Positions 7,449 to 15,827 of a stretch of DNA of 16,624 bases are shown here, in pieces (position 1 is the first letter of the stretch; each line of letters opens with the position of its first letter). A program made the position numbers and the translations under genes. The notes under the pieces were generated by a model, which did no database searches, had not been told where the DNA came from, and worked only from the letters and a program-made list of their open reading frames with translations. The stretch comes from Bdellovibrionota bacterium (GTDB taxonomy: Bacteria > Bdellovibrionota_C > UBA2361 > JBIKWN01): assembly GCA_044356295.1 (NCBI GenBank), contig JBIKWN010000126.1, positions 1-16,624 on the forward strand, written 5' to 3'.

Positions 7449-7835
7449 TTAATTTATATCTACCATCTCCTTGTCTTTGATAAACGGATTGACATAAGTA
7501 ATATTCTTTCTATTAGCTTCTTTGTCATATTTGGGAAAATTATAGTATTCATCAGAATCTTTCTTCCAATTTATATTTGATCCATTTATATCAATTACTG
7601 ACATAACGTAGAAAAATAGCTCTAAGGTATTACTCCCATACACATTATCCCATTCAGTCCTGGCAGTAAGAGACGCTACTTCAAGATGTTCTAGCCACCA
7701 TTTATTTCTTTTTTCTCTTACAAGTGTTTCTTCTAGGCATTCAACATTCTTTTTAGAATCAGTTATTGCTTTTGTAAGAGCCGCAAGGTTGCTGTCTGTA
7801 CTAATAATTAAATCAACCTTTGTATCTTTATCCAT
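7449..7835 (-). CDS. Paralog family B hypothetical protein
   Basis: N-terminal coiled coil, KWWLEHLEVASL..EWD, C-terminal ITYVNP. Confidence 0.7.
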   Translation of the reverse strand: MDKDTKVDLIISTDSNLAALTKAITDSKKNVECLEETLVREKRNKWWLEHLEVASLTARTEWDNVYGSNTLELFFYVMSVIDINGSNINWKKDSDEYYNFPKYDKEANRKNITYVNPFIKDKEMVDIN

Positions 7836-8592
7836 ATTGTTTGTATTTTATAGGTAATGAGTTATAAGTAATGTACAAGCTCTTTGCTGCTTTAATTGCA
7901 TCAAGATAAGGCATAAACCACTCATCTGTATCAAGATAACTATTACAAGAAGAAGATAGATGAATTTCTACAGTTTTATTACCGGTAAGCAATAAGCACT
8001 GTACAATACTCTGTTCTCTATTACCTTTGCACCATGCATTCACATAGCTGTAATCAATACAAAAAGAGGGCCCAACTGTACTTAGAATAGATTCTACGTT
8101 GTTATATAGTGGCGCATTGGGTAATGTGTTTTTAAATGCAATACGAAAGGTATGTATAAAGTCACAATAACTAGATCTAGGATCTTTGTCTCTTGGAAGC
8201 ACATATTCTAGACTGTGCCAATTATCCGTACAAAATTTATAGTAGACATCTCCTGTCCACATAGCTGCAGATTTTTCTTCTTTGTAAGGATTAATAGACC
8301 ATATAGGTACGTCAATGTCTGCAGAACAGAACAGCTTGTGTAGTGTAAAGTAATTAGCTGCTGCATCTGGATACGTTTCTTGTTTGCATCCATTAATATA
8401 CCAGAAAGCATCATGCCATAATACAGTATCAATGCCTGCATCTTTAATTCTTGCAATATCATCTACAGTAAAAGGAATACCTTCTGTGACCTCTATACCA
8501 TGTAAATTAAGTGGCTGTTTTAGTGCTTCATAAGTCTTTAAGAATGCATCAAAAGTTTTACCAGCACAAACGTTTGTACTTAAAATATACAT
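7828..8592 (-). CDS. Xylose isomerase/AP endonuclease 2-like TIM-barrel protein with partly degenerate metal ligands
   Basis: Strand motifs ILSTN, GIEVT, LWHDAF, WSINP, FCIDYSY (vs DxxH) and VEIHLS. Confidence 0.6.
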   Translation of the reverse strand: MYILSTNVCAGKTFDAFLKTYEALKQPLNLHGIEVTEGIPFTVDDIARIKDAGIDTVLWHDAFWYINGCKQETYPDAAANYFTLHKLFCSADIDVPIWSINPYKEEKSAAMWTGDVYYKFCTDNWHSLEYVLPRDKDPRSSYCDFIHTFRIAFKNTLPNAPLYNNVESILSTVGPSFCIDYSYVNAWCKGNREQSIVQCLLLTGNKTVEIHLSSSCNSYLDTDEWFMPYLDAIKAAKSLYITYNSLPIKYKQYG

Positions 8593-9005
8593 ATTAATGC
8601 CTCAATCTGCTTTAGTGTGTAGTTAGGATTAACAAGAGTAATAGAGTCGCCTCCTTTTAAAGAGAGAGCCATAGGTGGTATATCTTTTGTAAAAGAGTCA
8701 CACTGCTGAAACTCTACATAGGGATGTATACACTCTAATAACTCTTCTTTTCTTGAAGTACGATAAGGTTCATCAATCCATATTTCATTTACATCGTTAT
8801 ACCATACCTCATCAACTGTTTCGTAGTAGACATCATACTCTAAATAAAATCCTGGATAAGGTCCATTATCTTTCCACTCTTTCTCTGCATTTATAGTAAG
8901 TGAAATTAAATGCGGTCTATAGTAAAACCAGACTGCTTGTCTAACTTCTAACAATAAAGCTGCAAAAGATTGCAGCCGCTCAAACTGTTCTTTTATCTTA
9001 GACAT
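8580..9005 (-). CDS. Paralog family B hypothetical protein
   Basis: VWFYYRPHLISL..EKEWKDNG, C-terminal ITLVNP. Confidence 0.7.
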   Translation of the reverse strand: MSKIKEQFERLQSFAALLLEVRQAVWFYYRPHLISLTINAEKEWKDNGPYPGFYLEYDVYYETVDEVWYNDVNEIWIDEPYRTSRKEELLECIHPYVEFQQCDSFTKDIPPMALSLKGGDSITLVNPNYTLKQIEALICIF

Positions 9006-9327
9006 CTTTTAGAATAACATCAATACGTGCTTGAATCTCAGCATCGGTTTGGTATGGTCTTTTGACACGAGCATAAAAGTCTTTCATGTCTATAGCAACT
9101 GGATAACGTATACAGTTATAACTGTAATCCCAATCATAAAATTGTTCCCAAGGCTCTTCTTTGTCTCCTGTGTGAAATTTAGTTTCAGATTGCTGATATA
9201 CGGTTTCACCTTCATCATTTTGACAACGTTCTACACAGAGAAGAAAAGATTTTAGTTCAGGATTCTGTAACCACCACTCTAACTGAGCAACCTCAAGAGC
9301 CTTCTTTTGTAGTTCTTTACTTGTCAT
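8998..9327 (-). CDS. Paralog family B hypothetical protein
   Basis: EWWLQNPELKSF..ERCQNDEG, ARVKRP. Confidence 0.7.
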   Translation of the reverse strand: MTSKELQKKALEVAQLEWWLQNPELKSFLLCVERCQNDEGETVYQQSETKFHTGDKEEPWEQFYDWDYSYNCIRYPVAIDMKDFYARVKRPYQTDAEIQARIDVILKDV

Positions 9328-9694
9328 CTTTAGGCCTTACTGCTGCACCAATCATTTCATTTCTTGTGTCATACATACTGTATTTCCTGACAGAAAAAGG
9401 TCTAACGTAAAATGATTTAAAATAGTTTCTCCAGTTGTTCTCTAATTGTTCGTTGTCTGGATAAGCAGAAACGTTCATAGAATCACAGAACTCTGCCCAC
9501 TCAATGTAGTTAGCTGTAATCCAGTCATAATTCAATACAATGTTAGATGGCTTAAAGTAATAAATATACTCTCCGCCTTCAAAGTCTACAACATATCCAC
9601 AGTCAAACTGTAAAATATGTGGATGACTTGTCCACCATTCTTTGTTGTTTGCATCCATCTTACAGTACCTATAGTTAGTTTTAAGCCTGCTCAA
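9317..9694 (-). CDS. Paralog family B hypothetical protein
   Basis: EWWTSHPHILQF..DFEGG, AAVRP; TTG start. Confidence 0.65.
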   Translation of the reverse strand: MSRLKTNYRYCKMDANNKEWWTSHPHILQFDCGYVVDFEGGEYIYYFKPSNIVLNYDWITANYIEWAEFCDSMNVSAYPDNEQLENNWRNYFKSFYVRPFSVRKYSMYDTRNEMIGAAVRPKDDK

Positions 9695-9713
9695 TTACTT
9701 TCTTTGTTGACGT

Positions 9714-10052
9714 TTATGTTGTTTGTGGCTGTAACAAAAGACATAAACAGTTAGTATAAATAGAGTTATCAAATGGATGATTATTAGACGTTACTCTCAT
9801 TCTTGAGTCAAATAATATTTCATCATTAGCATTACTATTAAAGAATCTTACTCTATGTCTTAGATGACTATATTCTTCATACAGTAATGCTCTAAACATG
9901 TAGAACATTAATTCTTGATTTATAAATACAGTCTCAGATGTCTTTTGTTTACTTAGGTTGTCTAAATATTTTCTACAGACGGATTCAATTTGATGATCTG
10001 CGTGGCTAGTACCTTTATCAGATACTATTATTGTAAGTGTGCATTCTATCAT
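9714..10052 (-). CDS. Hypothetical protein weakly resembling the H-loop plus DUF3696-like tail of AAA ATPases
   Basis: TVFINQELMFYMFRALLYE..VRFF..EILFDSRMRV..F..L..LL pattern; the similarity is judged by eye. Confidence 0.45.
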   Translation of the reverse strand: MIECTLTIIVSDKGTSHADHQIESVCRKYLDNLSKQKTSETVFINQELMFYMFRALLYEEYSHLRHRVRFFNSNANDEILFDSRMRVTSNNHPFDNSIYTNCLCLLLQPQTT

Positions 10053-10069
10053 TGTTTATTTACTGTCTT

Positions 10070-10240
10070 CTACTTTAACAGGGCAAGTAATGCTTCAATA
10101 AGCTTAACTTGTGTCTGTTTCTTGCCCTCTTCAATTCCTGCTAGGTACGCCTCATATAATCTAGAGAATAAGGTCTTCTCTTTTTCATCTAAGTCCGGCC
10201 CAATACAATTAATCTGCTTATTTAAATCTCTATCTGTCAT
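10070..10240 (-). CDS. Small hypothetical protein
   Basis: MTDRDLNKQ..LYEAYLAGIEEGKK; fills the gap between co-oriented genes. Confidence 0.65.
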   Translation of the reverse strand: MTDRDLNKQINCIGPDLDEKEKTLFSRLYEAYLAGIEEGKKQTQVKLIEALLALLK

Positions 10241-10244
10241 GATG

Positions 10245-10736
10245 TTATCCAAATCTAATTAGACCACCTATAGGCGGTGAATAGAAGAAGCATAGAAGCT
10301 GTAGATGCTGTTTAATGCTTAATCTAATATGTCTTGCTTTACAAAACATAATAGTTTGTTTGTAGCTATATAAATTGGGTGAGTTATAGTCTTTCCAGCG
10401 AAATATATTATGTAGATGATGTCCTACGTAGAACACTCCTTCTTTATACTCTACTGGTCTTTCATGAAAACGACGACTGTATATAGCTGCTTGCCACAGA
10501 GGATGATTAGACTGTATTCTTTTTAGCCATACTTTATAGAATGCTCTGAGATCTTCTAAAGCCTCTAGACTAAAGTAGTATTCATCTTCTTCTTCATCTC
10601 TATAGGATAAGAACCACTCTACTTCTAGAGGATCGTATAGTTCTTCTAGGCTGTCCTCAATATAACTAATAACTTCTTTCTTTATTCGTCTTTTACTTTT
10701 AGTGCAGGGTTTATAGAGCCAAGTATGACAGCCCAT
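10245..10736 (-). CDS. Phage hypothetical protein (MGCHTW..GGLIRFG type)
   Basis: 163 aa with AGGAG RBS upstream. Confidence 0.75.
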   Translation of the reverse strand: MGCHTWLYKPCTKSKRRIKKEVISYIEDSLEELYDPLEVEWFLSYRDEEEDEYYFSLEALEDLRAFYKVWLKRIQSNHPLWQAAIYSRRFHERPVEYKEGVFYVGHHLHNIFRWKDYNSPNLYSYKQTIMFCKARHIRLSIKQHLQLLCFFYSPPIGGLIRFG

Positions 10737-10757
10737 ATTTTTCTAATCTCCTATGTA

Positions 10758-11204
10758 TTAAAGAAAAAAATACTGGACCCATAAATAATATCCATGTATT
10801 TCTGTTAACGACATAATTTTATTGCCTTGTTCTAAGGGACTTAAGCCCTCTCTAGCTTTCTTCCAACAATGGTCTTTAGATATGTCACTTAACTCTTGTC
10901 CACTTTTATCTTTAAGCTGTTTAAGCGCTGCATTAATACAATCCTTTTGATTGCTAGTTAAAGCGCCTATATCTCCATCGCTAAAATTGTTGTGATCTAC
11001 TCTAAAAACACCTTTATGGTAAGGATATAGAGCAGGCACTGCAGGACCTGTAGGCCATGCATGAATATCTTCATTAAATAGAGAGTGCTTATCCCACACA
11101 AGACACCATACTTGACTAAAGTAAATAAGCCTTTGTAGCTTCATTGGGGCTACTTCACCAATCTCTGTAGTTATATACAGAGCTACATCTACTACTCTTG
11201 CCAT
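10758..11204 (-). CDS. Panacea-domain (DUF4065, SocA/PanA-like) antitoxin
   Basis: DVALYI..MKLQRLIYFSQVW..LFNEDIHAWPTGPAVPALY..ELSDIS..WKKAR matches the DUF4065 signature KLQKLLY..AW..GPV. Confidence 0.88.
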   Translation of the reverse strand: MARVVDVALYITTEIGEVAPMKLQRLIYFSQVWCLVWDKHSLFNEDIHAWPTGPAVPALYPYHKGVFRVDHNNFSDGDIGALTSNQKDCINAALKQLKDKSGQELSDISKDHCWKKAREGLSPLEQGNKIMSLTEIHGYYLWVQYFFL

Positions 11205-11207
11205 TTA

Positions 11208-11561
11208 CTACCATCCAAAGTATATATTAGCTAAGCGTGCCTGTTCTTCAGTCTCTGCAATAGCGTCCTCAATTGCAGTTAAAGAATTAATAAGTCCTGC
11301 AAGCCTAGTCCTTACTACCTGCTCCGTAGCTTCTTTAACTCTATTTTCAAAACCACAGTTAATCTCATGTACTAACCTTTTAATATCTACTTCTATGCCG
11401 TTTATAGTGCAGTAGATATTTAGATCTGAAAGAGTATATACGCCTTCCTTTTGAATATGCCAGTTATCTACATTTGGATCTGCGTTACATAAAAGCACAT
11501 ATACTGCATTCTTCAGTAATAAGTCCTTCTCTGCATCAATAAGTTCTCTATTACTAGACAT
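11208..11561 (-). CDS. Hypothetical protein with a C-terminal coiled coil (start revised to ATG 11561)
   Basis: GAGG RBS precedes MSSNRE. Confidence 0.7.
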   Translation of the reverse strand: MSSNRELIDAEKDLLLKNAVYVLLCNADPNVDNWHIQKEGVYTLSDLNIYCTINGIEVDIKRLVHEINCGFENRVKEATEQVVRTRLAGLINSLTAIEDAIAETEEQARLANIYFGW

Positions 11562-11582
11562 TAATAAATACCTCAACATTAA

Positions 11583-11732
11583 TTAGAGAGCGCTAATAAG
11601 TAATATAGTAAATAAAGCAAATAAGGCAATATAGATACTAATAAACAATACACTCAGTTTTAAATAATCACATACAATGATAGCTACAGCTATAGTAATA
11701 AATATGACAACATAAGCTATGATTTTAATCAT
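11583..11732 (-). CDS. Small two-TM membrane protein, 49 aa (not in ORF track)
   Basis: MIKIIAYVVIFITIAVAIIVCDYLKLSVLFISIYIALFALFTILLISAL*; GAGAG upstream. Confidence 0.65.
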   Translation of the reverse strand: MIKIIAYVVIFITIAVAIIVCDYLKLSVLFISIYIALFALFTILLISAL

Positions 11733-11806
11733 TACATCTCTCAAATAATAAATTAATTATTGTGTGCGTTAACAGGATTTTAATAAGATGTGTCTATGTC
11801 TTAATG

Positions 11807-12076
11807 TCATTGCTTATTTAATCCACCGTCATTATTAGATATAAAGTCTTTTAGTAATTTAATTTCTTCGTCTAAGGTTCCTTCTGACCATTCAATGTAG
11901 GTCCAGTTAATTCTGTCTTCTGATTGTTCAATATGTATAGTCGCATCAATATTTAAATACTCATTGTAATCATCTATAGAAGCTGCAACTGCAAGCGCTG
12001 TCTCTAGTGAAGTACATTCCTGTATAAAAAGACTGTTGTCTTTATTGTTTAATACGCTTACATTATAGTAACTCAT
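11807..12076 (-). CDS. Hypothetical protein (paralog pair C)
   Basis: EYLNIDATIHIEQSEDRINWT; GAGG RBS; ATGA overlap. Confidence 0.75.
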   Translation of the reverse strand: MSYYNVSVLNNKDNSLFIQECTSLETALAVAASIDDYNEYLNIDATIHIEQSEDRINWTYIEWSEGTLDEEIKLLKDFISNNDGGLNKQ

Positions 12077-12363
12077 ACAAATACCTCAACTACTTTACCA
12101 TAAATGTTCTTTGTCCAGTCATTAATGCTGCCCTTGTTACTTCCAATTAAGCAACCACGTCTATTATCTTTTGCCTTTACAAGATGAGTATAAAAGCGCC
12201 CAGATACTTTACAGTAGACAATATCTCCTACATTAACCTCTTCCCAGTTAGCTGGAACTAAGCGATGTAGTTGTCCAGACTTTATAAGAGGAATCATTGA
12301 ATTGCCCTGCTCTTTAGTAATAAAGCTTTCACCTGCTTCTAGCTTCTCTACCTTCCAATTCAT
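12073..12363 (-). CDS. Stand-alone peptidase S24/S26-like domain
   Basis: GNSMIPLIKSG (catalytic Ser), VGDIVY, THLVK (His at the general-base position), IYGKV. Confidence 0.8.
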   Translation of the reverse strand: MNWKVEKLEAGESFITKEQGNSMIPLIKSGQLHRLVPANWEEVNVGDIVYCKVSGRFYTHLVKAKDNRRGCLIGSNKGSINDWTKNIYGKVVEVFV

Positions 12364-12386
12364 AATAGTGTTTGCTTATTGCTATC

Positions 12387-12632
12387 TTACACCGCAGCGT
12401 CTTTTAGTCTAGTACGAGCATAGAACATATCCCATACTTCTTCTGGTGCAGGGCTCCATGTAACTTCATCTTCTGATACAAGAATGTCAGCTCTACACTC
12501 TAACTCTAAATAAAAGCATAGTTCTTGAGCAAGATCATAGCAGTACTTTAGCTGCTCACGAGACTTATAATCTATATAGAACGGCCGCATGTTTCTGCCA
12601 TCTGTAATAGTTAAAACTAGTCTAAAGGTCAT
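12387..12632 (-). CDS. Hypothetical protein (paralog pair C)
   Basis: FYLELECRADILVSEDEVTWS. Confidence 0.7.
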   Translation of the reverse strand: MTFRLVLTITDGRNMRPFYIDYKSREQLKYCYDLAQELCFYLELECRADILVSEDEVTWSPAPEEVWDMFYARTRLKDAAV

Positions 12633-12634
12633 AA

Positions 12635-12654
12635 TAGTAGTAGTAGTAGTAGTA
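12635..12654. repeat. (TAG)6TA trinucleotide repeat
   Basis: tagtagtagtagtagtagta, 2 nt upstream of ATG 12632 on the minus strand. Confidence 0.9.
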
Positions 12655-12729
12655 TTCTAAAAGCTATCTTTAATTAGTAATTAAGTCTCACATTTAAAAA
12701 CAAACACTAACTAATATGCCGTGTTATTT

Positions 12730-12924
12730 TTATTCATATATCTTAATATCTCTCTTTTTTGATTGCTTTGATTTATCTCTTTTACCGCAAACATTACATT
12801 TACCGCCAGATGTAGTTAGGCCCTTATCACATGAACTACAGATAAACAAATGAGATCGCGGCCTCTTCTTTTTCTGACGGTTAGTAAGAGGCACTTGAAA
12901 GTCATCAAAATCATCAAGCTTCAT
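12730..12924 (-). CDS. Small basic zinc-ribbon protein
   Basis: CSSC-x10-CNVC motif; Lys/Arg-rich. Confidence 0.7.
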   Translation of the reverse strand: MKLDDFDDFQVPLTNRQKKKRPRSHLFICSSCDKGLTTSGGKCNVCGKRDKSKQSKKRDIKIYE

Positions 12925-13195
12925 ACGTAGATATCCTGTTTATAGTTATTACCAGTTTATCAAACTCTTTTGCTTTTGCAAGAGCAATCTCTGGTGTATC
13001 AAAGATATTTTCTGGAGACATAGTACGCTTACTATACTTAGAAAGCCTTTTTAAACTAATATGCATTTCATCTTGTATTACATCTACTGAAGTAATAGTG
13101 TCTCTACGAATCTCAATACTGTCTATACTTTCATTTGCTTGCACATAATATATAGTCTGACCAACAATATTATTATTTACTGTTGAATCTACCAT
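12914..13195 (-). CDS. Hypothetical protein
   Basis: AAGGAGG RBS; VGQTIYYV..NIFDTPEIALAKAKE. Confidence 0.8.
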   Translation of the reverse strand: MVDSTVNNNIVGQTIYYVQANESIDSIEIRRDTITSVDVIQDEMHISLKRLSKYSKRTMSPENIFDTPEIALAKAKEFDKLVITINRISTYEA

Positions 13196-13353
13196 CCTTG
13201 TACCTCCTTAGCTTTTGCAAAAGCTTCATCCTATGTAGCAAATGTGTCGTGTTCTTACGTTGGTTGTTGTAACCATGCTTGTCTTAAAACAATAGTCTGT
13301 CGTAATTCAAAGATGTCAGTCAAAAAAGATACTTCTAGGGGACAAAATTTCAT
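13189..13353 (-). pseudogene. Stop-interrupted paralog of 12914..13195
   Basis: MKFCPLEVSFLTDIFELRQTIVLRQAWLQQPT*EHDTFAT*DEAFAKAKEVQGW* in a single frame, overlapping both neighbours. Confidence 0.6.
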
Positions 13354-13607
13354 ACAGGTAAATCAATCATAGGTCGCCAATAACAATCAGATACGTCGTC
13401 ATCTTCAAGTATCAACACATCATTAAAATCTGGTGATAGAATCTTCCATACAGAATACACCTTTAAATCTTTAGGCTCATGATAGTAAGTACGTGCAAGT
13501 TTATGAAAATAGTGAGCCGTAAAAACTGCTTGTCTTTTATTATAGAGAAGAAGAAAATGAGTACCATCGCGTGGTGCTGTATCTAGTGGCTGCCAATTAG
13601 ATGTCAT
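13350..13607 (-). CDS. DUF551-like phage protein
   Basis: WQPLDTAPRDGTHFLL...YWRPM. Confidence 0.75.
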   Translation of the reverse strand: MTSNWQPLDTAPRDGTHFLLLYNKRQAVFTAHYFHKLARTYYHEPKDLKVYSVWKILSPDFNDVLILEDDDVSDCYWRPMIDLPV

Positions 13608-13635
13608 AGGTTTTCTTCTATTAATAATATCTAGC

Positions 13636-14211
13636 TTAATATAGTCGCTCTATTAATAATCTTGTTAGATCAATATTATTCTTTCTAATACCGCCTTCTA
13701 GCTCAATATTGTATCTACCATCAGTTCTATATAAAACACGAATAACACGGATAGGATGTGTAACTTTAGAAAGAGCTTTATGTAGATCTACGTCTGGTGC
13801 GCTCATAACTGCAAAGTCATAAAAAAGAGGAGTAGTTAATAGATCAGCATGTACATCTACTAACAACCTATACTTCATACTTTCTACTTTCTGCATAACC
13901 ACGTTATAGTTATCTAAGGACTCTTGAGCTAATCTAATAATTTGCTCTAAGTCTTCAGGTTCTAGTAAATAAAACTTCTTTTTAGAATTAACAATAATGT
14001 CTATTTCTGGTGTGTTGGGTGCTTGAAATAAATACTTAGCCTTAAAGTGCTGATTATAATTAACCGCATCTTCACTCTTAATGTATATTGGATTACCAAG
14101 CACTGCTTCAGTCTTAATAGCTACTGAATTAAAATATGAGTTTGGTCTAATTATCATAAAAACAGTACCAGCAGGTAGTTGTTTTAAATCATATTCGCTA
14201 ATCTCTTTCAT
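13636..14211 (-). CDS. Phage hypothetical protein
   Basis: 191 aa; LKQLPAGTVF..FYLLEPEDLEQII. Confidence 0.75.
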   Translation of the reverse strand: MKEISEYDLKQLPAGTVFMIIRPNSYFNSVAIKTEAVLGNPIYIKSEDAVNYNQHFKAKYLFQAPNTPEIDIIVNSKKKFYLLEPEDLEQIIRLAQESLDNYNVVMQKVESMKYRLLVDVHADLLTTPLFYDFAVMSAPDVDLHKALSKVTHPIRVIRVLYRTDGRYNIELEGGIRKNNIDLTRLLIERLY

Positions 14212-14404
14212 ATTATAATTTATTCACAATCTTACAAAATATTGTTTTTAATTATAGTCATATTCTGTAGCATCCAATTCTTTTGTAATTTTTAAAAAGT
14301 ATTTGTGCGTAAAATTCAACCAAGAATCTTCAATGCTATTTGCTTTTGATCTTAATTGTGTAAGTATTGAAGACCATAAGACTATTTGTTGTTTAGATCA
14401 ATTA

Positions 14405-14674
14405 CTACATAGATGGGTTGAAGTCAACCAATCTTTTGACATCAAAGGACTTTTGTTCAAGAGTTAATAGGCGAACTATCTTTTTCTTTTTATGTTTCAT
14501 ACTTGTGTATTTACTGATGGTGATAATGTAGTGTGTTTGAGGAGGTAAGAAGGTATTTGTTGCTAAAAGATAGCCTAAAATGTTGGCAAATCTTTGTTGA
14601 ATATGTCTACTGCAGCCTCCATGTTTTTCTAATACAATACCATTCTTTTCTACGGTTAACTGCCATTTAGCCAT
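14405..14674 (-). CDS. Hypothetical protein
   Basis: 89 aa; ATG immediately follows an upstream TAA. Confidence 0.6.
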   Translation of the reverse strand: MAKWQLTVEKNGIVLEKHGGCSRHIQQRFANILGYLLATNTFLPPQTHYIITISKYTSMKHKKKKIVRLLTLEQKSFDVKRLVDFNPSM

Positions 14675-14911
14675 TTACTTAATCTTCTCATCAGCTCTAT
14701 AGAAAATGTGAGTACCACCGAAGTCTTTTGTTTTTACGTTTAGTTGTTAGATTAATAACAACTTTAGGCTTTGTTTTCTTCTGTATTACTTTAGGCTTTA
14801 AAACGTAAAAGGAAGATCATAGCTATCTCTACATACTACTGGAATATCATTGCCATATTCAGCAGCTATCTGCTCTAACTGTTCAATGTACTGTCTTAAT
14901 GTTTTAGCTAT
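14675..14911 (-). pseudogene. Hypothetical gene with an ATA start and a one-base frameshift
   Basis: GGAG RBS then ATA-AKTLRQYIEQLEQIAAEYGNDIPVVCRDSYDLP. Adding one T in CCTTTT gives FYVLKPKVIQ..DEKIK*, abutting ATG 14674. Confidence 0.55.
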
Positions 14912-14912
14912 G

Positions 14913-15128
14913 CTACTCTCCTTTGTAGCGGAGATTATCAACATAACCATCCCAAGGAAAGAAATCATCAATATTGTATTTTGCTGTTTTATGTAGCCTC
15001 TCATCTTTGCTTTTATTAATACGGCTTTCTCTAATAACTTTTCTTAGAGCATTGCGTACATGAGCTTCACTCATATTACCAACTGCTACTTTTTTGCCAG
15101 AAGCAGTAATCCAATATTCTTCATTCAT
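14913..15128 (-). CDS. Phage hypothetical protein
   Basis: WITASGKKVAVGNMSEAHVRNAL motif. Confidence 0.7.
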   Translation of the reverse strand: MNEEYWITASGKKVAVGNMSEAHVRNALRKVIRESRINKSKDERLHKTAKYNIDDFFPWDGYVDNLRYKGE

Positions 15129-15341
15129 AATCTACATTGTTTTATTTCTGGTATTATTTATAATCTTACAGAGTATTGTTTTTTTTACATTATTGAGAAA
15201 AGAGATATAGAGCTGTTTTTTATGTTAACAACAAATATCAAATAATATTTGTGTTATTTTCACTCTTTAGGGTAACTGCTATCAACTAATAGTTCAAGCA
15301 TTAGACTTTCAAACTGTGGAACTGACTAGAAGAAAACACTA

Positions 15342-15827
15342 TTATAGATTAGGACATGTTTCAGGTTTATAGCAGCCTAAGCCTTCTTTTTTACCTGGTA
15401 GGGACCACCAATCGTATCTATAGACTGTTTTGTTACAGAATACACATGTAGCTTCTATTGGATAATTGCCTTCTCTTAACCATAAGATCACCTGATTAGC
15501 TATAGTGTCATCTTGCCATAGCTTTACACTTGAACTAGCCCAGTATTGCCATTGTCTTATTGGTAAAGTGTTTCTGCCTTTAATCCATCTAACTAATTGA
15601 ACAATAGCAGATTCACCAGTACCTCCTGTGCCTAAATTGCGACTGAACTTATCAGAGTTAAAATAGTGACTGCCCCGTTGAAGAATACATAGTCTACGAT
15701 AAGACTGCTCATTAACTGTCCAAGTTAAGTATAATCTGCCTTGTTCTACAACAAATTCATACGTCTCATTACCTATAGTCTTAAGTACTTTGTTAGCTAC
15801 TTCTAATCTATCTAGATATATTGTCAT
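15342..15827 (-). CDS. Hypothetical protein with a probable C-terminal zinc site
   Basis: CVFC..DWWSL..GLGC..C. Confidence 0.75.
   Translation of the reverse strand: MTIYLDRLEVANKVLKTIGNETYEFVVEQGRLYLTWTVNEQSYRRLCILQRGSHYFNSDKFSRNLGTGGTGESAIVQLVRWIKGRNTLPIRQWQYWASSSVKLWQDDTIANQVILWLREGNYPIEATCVFCNKTVYRYDWWSLPGKKEGLGCYKPETCPNL

Noticed and set aside
8208..8462. 84-aa nested ORF
   Set aside because: Entirely inside the TIM-barrel gene in an alternative frame.
14248..14400. Start-less minus-strand open frame (SKQQIVLWSS..EYDYN*)
   Set aside because: No start codon, RBS or homology evidence; possibly another remnant but unsupported.
14912..15004. N-terminal part of ORF 14798..15004
   Set aside because: Overlaps 14913..15128; the plausible start region is at 14911.
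5306..15245. All plus-strand ORFs in the track (5306, 5979, 6614, 7152, 9031, 9990, 15060)
   Set aside because: Antisense shadows of better-supported minus-strand genes, with no recognisable motifs.
15125..15341. Possible multiply interrupted gene remnant
   Set aside because: Too many stops and no motif to anchor it.
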